DNA of 64,000 bases from Massalongia carnosa (taxonomy: Eukaryota). Made by a program: the position numbers and the translations under genes. The notes under the pieces were generated by a model, which was not told the origin of the DNA, made no database searches, and worked only from the letters and a program-made list of their open reading frames with translations. Location: positions 1,612,001 to 1,676,000 of the forward strand of contig OZ287079.1 of NCBI GenBank assembly GCA_965645245.1, read 5' to 3'. Of this stretch, positions 13,166-24,623 are shown one piece after another (the stretch's first letter is position 1; each line of letters opens with the position of its first letter).

Positions 13166-14617
13166 ATGGACAGGTTGAGTTATTGCGTTGAGGTGCTACA
13201 TTCGCGATGGCTGGCTTCATCGATCAACTGTTGCTTTCCACGGCTGCCGGCCCAGTCTGAGCCAGACCTTCCAGGTGCGTCGTGGTCGCAAAGGAGTGGG
13301 ATACATGTACTGATCGAACCAGCTCTTGATAAATACCACGAGATTTGCTGCGATCAGCCTCAGCCGAAATTCGACATTTCCGCTTTACGTCCAGATACTC
13401 CCACTTCCCACCGCGCCTCTCAATGGCTCACCGAAAGTCGAAACCTAGCTTCGAGGGCCTCGAGCAGGGCAAGCTTCACCACCAAACGTACCGCATCGCG
13501 ACGGCCCACCATTGGAGCGCCCTCGGATTTCAGAATAGTCGAGAGTCCGAGTGGACCGAACGGTGGATTCCAACCGTTGGAGTTGAGCATCTACATGCCG
13601 GGAAATACGTTACCGTTGTTACCATCTTTCCATGAAGACTATCGCGAAGATGAGGCCGGTTTGGAATTCCCGGCGCAGGCCCTCACCAAGGCGCGATCCG
13701 ACTCCATGCTGTCGCGACCGTCGACGTCATTCACCGTTCCAAGGAAACCCGTGGCTTCCATGAGGACTCTTTCCCTTGATGTATCACGATCCAGCGTTGA
13801 CAGCCGTTACGCCATGGACCTAGACCTAAACCTGGCGTTGGGAACACGGTCGCTGCATCGCAGACCCGGCATCGCGACGACTCAGAGCACGCAAGACTTC
13901 CTCGACACTCTAGATGCGCGCTTGCCTCAACCACCTCGACTGCGATCCAAATCCGGACCGGAACCAATCTACACCCTATACCGAAGAGCCAGCGAGCAGA
14001 GTCTTCGCCTACGAACGCATCTTGAGGAGCGCGAACGCATCGAAAGGCATTTACCCGATTGCGATACCATCCTCGAAGAAAAGCCAAGCGATGTCTTGCC
14101 AAAATTCCCCAACCTTTCCCCCATCTCCAGCCATGGTGATGCAGTGGATGACCTGCCGCAGCATCCATACTCCTATAACCGACACGATTCCACGCAGTCT
14201 ATGCCAACCCCCTTCCCCACAAATCATCTCCATTCCCAGGCAAGCCTGCACAAATTCCTCGACGTCCTCCCCGAAGGACAACAACAGCAGCAGGCAAACT
14301 ACGTCTCCGCCCGCGCCCGCATCTCCCAATGGCTTCTCCGCTCCTCTTCTTCCCCTCGTCCACCGGACTCCGAGAACGATGTGGGCGCCTATTGCCCTTC
14401 TACAATCAGAGACCGAGCCTCCACCGTCTCTACGCTCTCGACCGTTTCCAACGCCGCCGAACTTGCGACGCCTTGGACCACGCCAAGGTCTTCCCCTAGG
14501 AGAAAGAGAAGCTCGTTTTCATCGTGCAGGACCGGAACGCCTGGGCGAGGACTGGACTTTGGAACCGAGAAGGTGTCGGTGGGAGTTCGTGTGGTTGATG
14601 TTGGGTTAGCTTTCTAA
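13166..14617 (+). CDS. Hypothetical Ser/Arg/Pro-rich fungal protein; probable in-frame intron 13275-13322
   Basis: ~480-codon ORF with conserved-looking blocks (RPTIGAPSDFR, FQPLELSIYMPGNTLPLLPSF); GTGCGT...CTGAT...CAG 48-nt intron. Confidence 0.75.
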   Translation: MDRLSYCVEVLHSRWLASSINCCFPRLPAQSEPDLPGASWSQRSGIHVLIEPALDKYHEICCDQPQPKFDISALRPDTPTSHRASQWLTESRNLASRASSRASFTTKRTASRRPTIGAPSDFRIVESPSGPNGGFQPLELSIYMPGNTLPLLPSFHEDYREDEAGLEFPAQALTKARSDSMLSRPSTSFTVPRKPVASMRTLSLDVSRSSVDSRYAMDLDLNLALGTRSLHRRPGIATTQSTQDFLDTLDARLPQPPRLRSKSGPEPIYTLYRRASEQSLRLRTHLEERERIERHLPDCDTILEEKPSDVLPKFPNLSPISSHGDAVDDLPQHPYSYNRHDSTQSMPTPFPTNHLHSQASLHKFLDVLPEGQQQQQANYVSARARISQWLLRSSSSPRPPDSENDVGAYCPSTIRDRASTVSTLSTVSNAAELATPWTTPRSSPRRKRSSFSSCRTGTPGRGLDFGTEKVSVGVRVVDVGLAF

Positions 14618-15992
14618 GCCATTTATGACGCCCTCGGACTGGATCGGCTTGGTTCCGTCCCTGACTTGTCTTTCGCAAGCAAACAAGTTGCTTTAATGCT
14701 GGAGCTTATTCTTTCACGGCTTATTCAAGGACCTCGTGCCTAATCGCCCACAATCTTTTATTCATCCATTATAGACCTTTCTTTCTTTTTCGTTCACGTT
14801 AACCGCCGAAGGAGGCACGCGCGGCCTTTCCATAAGACCAGGGCGCAGCATTTCAGGAAGCGCTCAGGGAGCATGCTGGTTTGGAGATTTTGGCCGATTG
14901 TCGGTTTCTTTTTTATACTTAAAAATACTATTGGATAGAGAGCGCGATATACACCCCCGGAGATATTCCGGAGGCTGAGCGAGCCATTTTGGCTCGGGTT
15001 TATGATCCACAGGTTTTAAATTAATGGAATATACTTATCTATTTATTCTTTAGTAGCTCCCAAATTCCGTGTGAGTTTGATGTTTCGGCCCCCAGGGTGA
15101 ATCTTCTTCTGCAACTCGACGATGGTGGTTTCTTGCGTAGAGCAGGTACTGTATAGAGATATAGGATATGAGAATAGTCTTTGACTCGTCTTCTGTGTAA
15201 GTGAGTAAGTAACCCAGTGTCTCTCGAGTCTAGGAATTCATTCAGCACGCCTCATTCATTGCCGGGGGGTTGGATTGTTTTTTACTCATCGATCGCCTTT
15301 CTTTTTTCTCCTTTTTTTCCTTCGCGCCGCAGTCCCGCCCCCGTATATTTATCCGTCTGCTTGCCCTGTCCCTTTTATCCTTTCCATTCATTCGTCCCTT
15401 TCTTCCTTTTCTTTCCTCGTTCCTGTTCTCGCAAACTCCAATATTGGAATTGGGAGAGGAATAGGAATGGAAATAGAGGGTTGTGGGGGGGGGGGGGAGA
15501 AGGAAAGAATGAGAGAGAGGAAGGAAGGAAGGATGAAGCAAAGGAGGGGGATGGAATGGAATGGGGAAACATATAGTTTGTTTTATCGTACCGTTATACT
15601 CACTCACTCACTCACTCACTCGCATATCAATCTTACACCCAGCCCACCTAAGCCGATTCCCGCCCGGCACTGAGATTCTGCTGTCCCGTCCACGTCAGCT
15701 CTGGAAATTCCGAAAAACGAGTTCCCCTTGCGTCGTTCGTGGTGATGCTGCGGGAACGAGGGAACGGAAAAGAGTAGTTTGGGGGGGGAAGGAAATAGAA
15801 TAGAAGAAGAGCTGATCGGATGATTTTCTGTAGTTGATTTGATTTGATGATATATATGTCTGTAAAGTAGAGTAGGGAAGAAGTCGTTTTTTTTATTTTT
15901 TATTTCGCTCTTCTTCTGGTTTTTCTCGTTCTCTGCCCTTGGTTTGTCGTATTCTTTGGTCTTGTTTAGTCTTTTGGTCTATTTAGTTATAT

Positions 15993-16013
15993 AGAGAGAG
16001 AGAGAGAGAGAGA
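15993..16013 (+). repeat. (AG)n microsatellite within a purine/pyrimidine-tract-rich intergenic region
   Basis: About 10 AG units read directly; the surrounding 15280-16200 has many homopurine/homopyrimidine runs. Confidence 0.85.
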
Positions 16014-16231
16014 TGTGAGAAATGCAGCAAGAATCGTAAACTTCTCTTTTCTTTTTTTCCTTCTTCTTCTTCTTCTTCTAATTATGTATGGGCCTTATTC
16101 TATCGAGAGGAAAGGGAAAACAAAAAGGGAAAGATAAGATAAGATGATGAGGGGTGAGGATGAAATAAAGTCGAGCAAGTTTCTAGAAAGGGGGGGGATA
16201 TATTTGAACTGGAGATAATAACAACGGGAAC

Positions 16232-17285
16232 GATGTCCAAACTCAGTGTCATGCAGAACAAATGCCTACGCACTGTGGCAGGAGCGTTTAAAGCAACACC
16301 CGTCGAGGTTCTCGAAGCGGAAACTTTCATCGCCCCTATGGAGCTACACTTGGATCATCTGCAGATGAAAGCAAGATACCGCCTACGGGCCTCAGGGCAA
16401 GCGAAACTGATCACCACTGCCTGCAGCACAATAGCGAACAAGCTACGAGGCAAGGCAGGACGCAAAAGAATACAACGCCCCACCCTAGGAGATTTAAAAC
16501 ACGAATGGGCCAGCAAGATGCTAAACAACGAAGCCCCAGCCGCAATACCGCCGCCGCCCCGACCCTGGTCAGGACCCGACCCTGTCCGTCTCGAGAAATA
16601 CATCACGGCACGCCGAATTATCGGAAAGCACGCAAAGACCATTACAGTACGAATCAAGGAGCGTTGGGAGACCAGGTGGAAGGCGTATCAGGACCGCGTT
16701 CCCTACCCAACAGAGGCACAGCTCGGACCACTCAACAGAACTAGATTGAAGATTCATGACAACTTGATGAAGGCGGAAAGCGCGCTAACCACGCAAATCC
16801 GCACTGAGAAAATAGGTTTGGCAAACTTCCTGTTCAATCGTCGGGTTCCGGGAGCTATGACTCCAGCTTGCTCGTGTGGCTGGCAGAAACAGACTGCCAA
16901 ACACATCATATTACACTGCAGACTAATCGAAGGCAGATATGAGCTGCTCAGACAATTGGGCACCCACGACTACCGGACGATTACGCGTTCGTCGAAAATG
17001 CTGAAAAAGCTAACTGCATGGATAATAAAAGCAAACTTGTTAACACAGTTCTCACTAGCATCGCAAATGTTATACGAGATATAACTTCTCATTTTCGTCA
17101 AGGATTCTAAAGAAAAACGATCACAGAGAGCAGCCTGTTGCCAGCGAGGCTCCGGAGGTAGTGCGTAGTCTACGGGGTTTTTATTCCCAAGAAGGGTTTT
17201 CGTTGTATGATAAACATAGACAGCCCGCATGGGCCGGCCTTCGGCCGGTGTCATATCGGAATAAGAATAAATCAATCAATCAATC
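16232..17285 (+). mobile_element. 5'-truncated non-LTR (LINE, Tad/I-like) retrotransposon with TSD
   Basis: 12-bp direct repeat AACAACGGGAAC at 16220-16231 and 17286-17297; 3' tail of (ATCA)n repeats at ~17270-17287; internal ORF2 C-terminus. Confidence 0.9.
16233..17084 (+). CDS. Truncated LINE ORF2 C-terminus (post-RT region + CCHC zinc knuckle)
   Basis: QNKCLRTVAGAFKATPVEVLEAE...P matches the post-RT motif of fungal LINEs; QIRTEKIGL...CSCGWQKQTAKHIILHC is the CCHC knuckle. The frame is open with no stops. Confidence 0.85.
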   Translation: MSKLSVMQNKCLRTVAGAFKATPVEVLEAETFIAPMELHLDHLQMKARYRLRASGQAKLITTACSTIANKLRGKAGRKRIQRPTLGDLKHEWASKMLNNEAPAAIPPPPRPWSGPDPVRLEKYITARRIIGKHAKTITVRIKERWETRWKAYQDRVPYPTEAQLGPLNRTRLKIHDNLMKAESALTTQIRTEKIGLANFLFNRRVPGAMTPACSCGWQKQTAKHIILHCRLIEGRYELLRQLGTHDYRTITRSSKMLKKLTAWIIKANLLTQFSLASQMLYEI

Positions 17286-17528
17286 AACAACGGGAACAAT
17301 GGAATGGTTTGTTTGGTTGGGGGGGAGGGGTTGTAAATGAAGAGCGATGCAGTTGTTGAAAAGTATAGAATATATAGGGAGAGAGCGAAAATTCGAGAAT
17401 CTGGGGGAGTAGAAATCGAGCGGGATAGGATTTAGAGATGGATAAAATATCGGTGTTGAGAAATATGCTGGAGGTATTTATTGTTCTCTCGAATGACGTC
17501 GCCCGTAAATAGTACGCCCCAGAATAAT

Positions 17529-20500
17529 TTAATCCCGTCTCCGTTTCGCCCCCCTACCTCCCCCGGTATTACCACCCTCGCCTTCCCCCCGTTTCCTCTT
17601 CTTGCCCTCCTTCCGCCAGTACTCATCCCTTTCCCTCTTCTCCCTCTCCCCCCGCTTCTCCTCCCCCTCTTTCACCTTCTTGCGATACCCCTTCCGGCGC
17701 TCCTCCTGGGCCGCGCGACGCTTCTCCACCTGCGCCTTCCGCACCGTCATGAGCTTTTGCATCAGGTCGCGCGCGCGCTTCTCCTCGCCGCCCACGAGCA
17801 CGGCCCGCTTCTGCAGGTACGTCGGCTGCCGCTGCGGGCGCATCTGCGCAATTTGTGACTTGAAGGGCAGCGATGCGGCGAGCTGGCGGGGGACGCGCAA
17901 CGGGTTGAAATGACGCGTGGCGCGCTCGACGGGGCGGTAGGCCGAGTTCTTTTGCAGGGGGGTCGGCAGGCCTTTTTCCCGACGGACTTCGCCCGTCAGG
18001 CGCATGCCTTGCCAGGCGTCAGGTTGGGGATCTGCGGTGGCCGCGGGCGCGGCCGAGAGGAGGTTGGTGACGGGGTTGTAGAACTTATGGGGTTTGACGG
18101 GGTACCAGGCGCGGAGGAAGACAATGTCGCTCATGAGAATCTTGTCTTCAAAGGTGGCGCGATAATGCCCTTCAGGCTTGCTGAGCGCGCGTTTGATCTG
18201 CCCGCGGATGCCGGACACCGTGCGAATGCTGGCACCTTCGAACTTGGCGATTTCTAGCGCGCTGCTGAACATATCGCGGATGAAGGCCGTGTTGCGAAAG
18301 ATTTTGTATGGGTGGCCCGTTAGCTTGAGCTTTTTGACGATTTCCGTGTTTTCGTCGACGTTCAGCACCACTCCTGTCGCTGCGATTCGAAAGCCGGGGT
18401 TCTGGTTGGAGAAGGATTGCACGCAGCAGAAACCAGTATTGGGTGCGATGAGAGGTCCGTAAAAGGTCCCGAAACAGTGCATGTGCTCCGGTGTATACTT
18501 TAGCATTCGGTTTCGCGTCCGCGAGTCTGAGATGCTGTAGACGGGAACAGTCTGAAACCTTCGCCAGCCGAGCGAGAAGATCAAAGGGTCATTCGTTTTC
18601 AGGATTTTCTTGTGCCATCGATGTCGCTTAATGCGGACCTGCACAAAACCGAATCGATCCTCCGTTGGCGCCAATCCTCCAACGATGACGGGAAAGCGCG
18701 GGTTGAAAGTAGCAGCGAACTCGTATGGTACCTGCTCCAAAACTATGCGAGCATACGTACCGGCTTTATAGCCTTCAACACGAACCCGTGAGTTTGCATC
18801 GAGCGAGTCGAACTCGGTTCGATTGATGGTGAGCTGTTTTTGTATCTGCGCCTTCTGTGCGTCATACCAGTCGTCTTCTCCGAATTCATCCTTGGCCTTT
18901 TCGCCTTCTCTTCTCTCATCATGCTTGTCGTTGCCAAACCCTTCACGGTCCTCCTCCTCAAAACGCATCTTGAGTTCTTCTTTCTTTCGTGCATTTCTCT
19001 CTCTCTCTTCTTCCAAAGAGAGCTCTACATTGTCCGTTGATCTTTTCGTCCCGTTGGCCTCAGCATCGGCCTCCAAATCCTGAAAGTCACCATCCCCTTC
19101 ATCATCTTCTTCCTCTTCAGATCCTCCAGAATTGTTTTTTCCGCTACTCACTCCCTCCTTCGAGAGGTTGACCCTAATAAACCGGCGTCTAAGCGTTTCT
19201 AGATTCTCGGCATTATTCCATTTCCTTTCCAAAGCGTCGTAATCATATTTTGGAATAGACCGATCATCAAACGCCTCTTCTTCATCCTCCTGCTTAGCTT
19301 TTCGAAAAAAAGTATCCTCATCTTCATTGTTTGCCAGGTTATCGTTTTGTGATGCTATAGGATCTTCCGTTTCCACTTCCCCACGCCATCTGCGGCCAAC
19401 CTCGGCCGGGGTTAACGACATATCGTATAACAATCTTGCAATTTCTGATGCTTGATAATAGTGTCGCCCTTTATGCAAAGTTTTCGCTTGCTCCTTGAGG
19501 TTCGACTTCCATCGAAGGGCTCCATCTTTCCCTTCCTCATCGCTCAGGTTGGATATATCTTCCCCGCTTTCCAATTCCTGGTTCTCCACGCTTGATACAG
19601 ATCCAATATCAGAATCGCTATCCGCAAACGGTACATCACCATGAGAAATATCCTGGGGTAGTTCGCCTTTGGTAGGTTTGAATGTACGGCCCAGTCGATC
19701 ATCTGAAATATCCTCTTCATCGAATGAACTAGGATTATCATGGCCATCGTCATCAGTACTAGCGAAGCCTTCGTCCCCTACTTCTAATGTATCGTTATCG
19801 TCCCTTGCAATGCTTCGAGCTGCCCGTCTTTCTTTTCTACCAAAATCTCCTTCATCTATTGCGTCCACACTTTCTTGAAGCATATTGCCCCCGGCAAAGA
19901 GCCGCACTCCTTCATCGGCTTCCCCAAGAAGTCGGCGTTCACTTTGCAACCCCACAACCATCTGCTCCCCTAATCCTCGCTCTCCGTCTTGCTCAGCATC
20001 TTTGTCGAAATTTGATGTCTTGATGTCAATATACACAGCATCCTTGTCAACCAGAACACCACCAACATCTGACATTGGTGCAAAGAGTAACTTTTGTTTT
20101 TCTCCCAACCGCCGGCGACCCGATTTTCCTGAGGCTTTGGCAATTACTTGGTCCATAAAGGGTGTTGGGCATGGATCTGGTAAAGCTTCAATCATCGAGA
20201 CACCCAAATCTCCCACACCAGGCACATGTACCCGAGCACCTTCAGCAGAAAAGTTAGTGCCTCTGAGATATCCATAAAGTGCAATTTTTCGATCACATTT
20301 TGAATCCGCTTCGATACTGGTTGGTGGCGTTATGTCGAGAAAACGATCTGCCAGGCAGTATGGGTGTGAGTTTCGCCAAATCAAGGGTCTTGGGTTCTTC
20401 ATGACCGAAAGGAACCTTGAGAGATTATGAATCTCACGATCCGGATATCGGCCATTAATCACGCCGGAGAGGTAAAATAACTTGGCGCCTTGATAGAGCT

Positions 20501-21228
20501 CACTCCAGAACCTATGTTTAAGCCTCTTCTTGGCGTCTTTTAGAGTGCTCGGTTTCCGAAACAGATCGAGATGGGTCAAGAGACCAAATACGTTCCCTGG
20601 CATTCCACTTGCGGAAAGCACGTTCAAAAACTCCATTGTCTCCATTTCAAAGCCGAAATTGCCATCTATCATCAAGAGCACTATATCTGCGATTTTGGAC
20701 ACATCGATCATGCTTGCGAGAGAGTCTGCAGGACATTCTATAAAAGTGAGGCGCCGCCTTTTCGAGGTAACGACGGTCAGAGGACCGCTCGGCGTCGACA
20801 GAGTATGTTTCGTGTAGCGCTTGATCAAGGACTTTATCAATGTTGTCTTGCCAACCTAGAGCTTCCATTAGCGATACACCGCAAAGATGAAAAAATCGAC
20901 GTACCCCAGGAGGTCCCACTACAGCAACAATTATGGGGGGCGCCTCCTCTGGTAGACGGTCGACCAAGGGAACATGCAATCGCTTTTCTTTGACCTAGAG
21001 TCCCGTCAGCTCAAGAAGGCTGTATTGCATATTTAGAGAAATCGCACATCATGCGAGCGAGCAGCCTGCTTCTGTAACCGCCCCGGATTGGCATAGGCAA
21101 AAGCCTTCGGATTCGATCCTAAACGATAGATTAGCGTATGCTTCGTTGTTGAGCTGGAAAATATTACCATCAGAGTGTTTCTTCTTTTCCTTAGTCTTGC
21201 GATGAGGTCTGTTAGCTTGGTCCTCCAT
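17529..21228 (-). CDS. BMS1: Ribosome biogenesis GTPase Bms1; exons 21228-21168, 21118-21048, 20994-20905, 20855-17529
   Basis: Spliced N-terminus [11 protein letters not shown]...NPKAFA...[11 protein letters not shown]...[16 protein letters not shown] (P-loop); [47 protein letters not shown]. Confidence 0.97.
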
Positions 21229-21535
21229 CGCGACGGTTGGTGAAGTTATTCCCAGCGGGTTCTGGGTTGTGCGCCGTAAATTTCATGTAATTTATTGTTC
21301 ATCGTTTATTATTTTACCAGGGTGCGCATCGGATCGGCAGATGATCGCCCCGAATGTGCGTCATTACAGATCCTTGCGTTGGGTGGGGTCGATTGGTGGG
21401 GGCCTGGAGGCATCTTCTATGCTTTCCTTCTCTCCCTTCCTCTGTACTCAACCTCCTCCTCCAAGTCTATACAAGAACTATTATACAGCAGTTAAATTCC
21501 TTTCAAGTACTTTCATCCATACAAAATCAAGTAAA
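21229..21535. promoter_or_regulatory. Compact divergent (bidirectional) promoter between BMS1 and the I9 inhibitor gene
   Basis: 307 bp between two head-to-head start codons; partial RRPE-like TGAAATTT on the minus strand at ~21278-21285. Confidence 0.55.
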
Positions 21536-21900
21536 ATGGCGATTTACAACGTATTTCATCCCCCCCGACTGTATGCATTCGGTGGTAACCGTCGCTGTCC
21601 AGGTAACGTTGAAGGAAAACGCCTCGCCGGAAGAGCTTGAAAAGTATGTCTTTTGGAGTGTCGAAGTTACTGGAAATAGCTAATGCATGGCGGTAGCGCA
21701 AAAGAGTTAGCCCAGTCCCAGGGCGGCATCATCAAACATGTGTTCACCTTGATCAAAGGCTTCACGTAAGAGAAAACTCTACCGCTTTTCTCGGCTTACT
21801 AACCTTCACAAGGGTAGAATTTCCTGACGACCAGGTTAACGTCCTTGAAACAAACGACTACGTTCACGTTGAGCAAGATGGAGAAGTCAAAGCTTTATAA
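21536..21900 (+). CDS. 70-aa peptidase inhibitor I9 (subtilisin-propeptide-like, IB2/POIA1 type); exons 21536-21550, 21603-21643, 21697-21765, 21813-21900
   Basis: Three GT-AG introns give MAIYNVTLKENASPEELENAKELAQSQGGIIKHVFTLIKGFTVEFPDDQVNVLETNDYVHVEQDGEVKAL*, with the I9 pattern Y.V.LK...GG.I.H.F.LIKGF...VE.D.EV. Not present in the ORF track. Confidence 0.85.
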
Positions 21901-22476
21901 GGGCAAGAGAACACATACGCTCAGCGGGTGACATCTGCTGCTGCATGGCTTTCTATTCTCGGATGTCATTTGTGCTATGAATTGTTGACGTACGCTCCTT
22001 GCGATTTTGATAGAACTTCATTGAGTCACATCAGCATGAAGAGGTAGGGCCTGAAGTACGTTAAAGGTTGCGCTATGCGGTTATGATTTTAGGGAAGGTT
22101 TGGATTGGCATATGACTTGATGGATTATGATTTTCAGCTGAGGAGAAAGGATGGCTATACTCTGCATTTGAGCTTAGATGATATCATTCAATCTTTATTT
22201 TCCCTCAATTAGCATCAAATCCGTATGCTTACTTGGAAGTTAACTGTCTTAACCACATAACCCTTTCCCCTTTCAAGGAGACTGCTGTATGTATCCTTAT
22301 CTATAATAGCTAGACCCGTCACTATGAACTTTGATCGTTATTGTCATGGTTTTTCATAAACTTATTTGGTTCAAGCGAGACCAAGATGGTCAATGAGATG
22401 ACAGGGTTCGATCCGAGCGTCCGCGTCTGAGAGCCACAGACGTCAAGGGTCTTGAACCGCTGTAACTGCACGTCCA

Positions 22477-23880
22477 ATGGCTCATAACCCATCCATTCTA
22501 CAATCCGCCTTGTTGCGTACCCTCTGTCTAGTAAAACGGTCGACGCGGTATTATGCGACCTCCCCGATAAATATACACTCACGTCAGCCAGGGCCGTATC
22601 GTCCTAGGTCAATCCACATCAGCGACGACCAGGTCGCTCGACTTGCGTCGAAGCCGCTACATGCGTTATCACTGGCAGATCTGGTCAGGTATAACATCAA
22701 GCGTCACTTCCCATTCTCGAATCGGTCGACCGGCTAACAAACAACCTACAGGCATGGACGTCCACCACTCTCGGCTGATGCCCTGTTCTCCTCTGCGAAC
22801 TTCACGCTGTCGTTGTTACCCGTCCGGTTGGCACATCGGCTTCAAGCACTTCGAAACCTCCCTTTTATTGTGGTCTCGAATCCACACATTGCGCAAATCT
22901 ACGGCAACTATATGCATTCCTTGTCTACGCTGCTACCGTATCAAGAACGGCAAATCAGCAATCTTGAGGACGAGATACAATTCACGGAGGTTATGGCGGA
23001 TCTGGTGCAGACGCATTCCAACACCATCCCCGTCCTTGCGCGAGGCTTTCTGGAGTGTAGGAAATATATCAATCCATTAGAAATAACGAAATTTCTCGAC
23101 GAACATCTTCGCACGAGGATCGGCACCCGTTTGATCGCCGAGCAGCATATCGCCCTCCATCTTTCGTCTCATCCACATAACAATGGTTGTACTAAAAATG
23201 ATCATAGCGCTTCATCCAACTATATCGGAGTTATTGACACTGCTCTCCGTCCTGCTGAGATTATCCGACATTGCGAATCTTTTGTTTCTGAGATTTGTGA
23301 ACTGAAATACGGTGTCAGACCTACGGTGGTGATAAACGGCCAGACTGATTCGACTCTAGCTTACGTGCCCACACACCTCGAGTATATCCTCACGGAGTTG
23401 TTGAAGAATGCGTTTCGCGCCACGGTTGAGAACGGAAAAGAGCGCGTGCCGGTTGAAATCACAATTGCCGCTCCTTCAAAAATGTCAAATAATCCTGGAT
23501 CAACTGAGAACATCGCCATGCGGTCTTCCGTTGACGGTAATTGCTATGACTCGATCTTGGATTCCTCAAACCCTGGTTTGACCATACGGATTCGGGACCG
23601 CGGGGGAGGCATATCCCCAGAAATCCTCCCAGATATCTGGGCGTACAGTTTCACCACCTTTGCGGATGATGACATTGCCGATGTTCAAAACGGTAAAATT
23701 GACGCTTTGAATACTATCTCTGGTGCTGGTGGCGTATCCAGCAGCTTGGCCGGACTTGGCTATGGCCTGCCATTGGGTAGAGCATATGCGCAGCACTTTG
23801 GCGGGGACATTGCAATTCAAAGTTTATGGGGCTGGGGAACCGACGTGTATTTGAAATTGAAAGGGCTTGGCAAGATGTGA
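22477..23880 (+). CDS. Mitochondrial alpha-ketoacid dehydrogenase kinase (PDK/BCKDK family); intron 22689-22751
   Basis: Arg-rich presequence; LPVRLAHR..LP; RTRIGTRLIAEQH; GHKL motifs ELLKNAFRA, IRDRGGGI, LAGLGYGLPLGRAYA.HFGG, GWGTDVYL. Confidence 0.92.
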
Positions 23881-24623
23881 GGGTCAACGGGACGGTTTTC
23901 TGCATGACCCAATTTCCCGCCAGCCCTGAACAGCCTGATCGGCTCGTAAAGAAGTTGTCGCAAATCCAGTTCACCCTCGTTGAGAAGGATGCTATCCGGA
24001 AGATTGGTAAACATGCCCTTGTAGTGGAGAGATCTGCGGAATGACTGGCCAATCCACCAGCTTGACGAGACAAACATCACCCCAACGAGGTTGGTTAGGG
24101 GTGGGGAACCAGTTTTGCTGTGTACAATTAGAGAACTTCTCTGCATGAATCCTTCACATCGTCTCCAGACGCTGGCAGACCTTTTGGCCAACCAAGCCGG
24201 AGAAGGAGGGGTTCATCTACCCTCATCAGATTTGATCTCTCTCTCCGGGGCCAGGTGGTTTGGCTGGACGACGCAGGTCTTCCATCACTCCATATGCACC
24301 GAACAAAGGTTCGCCATACTTTTGCTTCTGTGCTCTTACGAAACGCTGAAACTAATGGCTGTCAATTCCATCCACCGTCCTCCGTTTCGCCTACCAACCG
24401 GCAAAGCTGCAACGCCACGTCATAATGTAACTATATGTATGTATGACGTGACGTGCGACTTCTGCACCCTATGGCTGCACCAATCAACCTCTCATGCTAA
24501 TACTTACGAATGCAAATGCATTGTAGGTTGCCAGGAAAGTATCAAAATACATGCCTGCGAAAAGTTCACTGCAAGTTTACAGTGTTGTGTACTCTGTACG
24601 TGGAAGTGAATCGAGTTTAGGTA

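Noticed and set aside
17481..20277. Many + strand ORFs antisense to BMS1 (and similar ones over END3, HAD, DUF3824-like and AIM6)
   Set aside because: Shadow ORFs from GC-rich codon usage, with no recognisable motifs.
22400..22425. GGTTCGATCC (tRNA T-loop/B-box-like)
   Set aside because: No cloverleaf stems or A-box could be built around it.
23878..23900. Possible stop-codon readthrough of the PDK gene
   Set aside because: The context is TGA GGG, not the TGA CTA readthrough motif, and there is no targeting signal in the extension.
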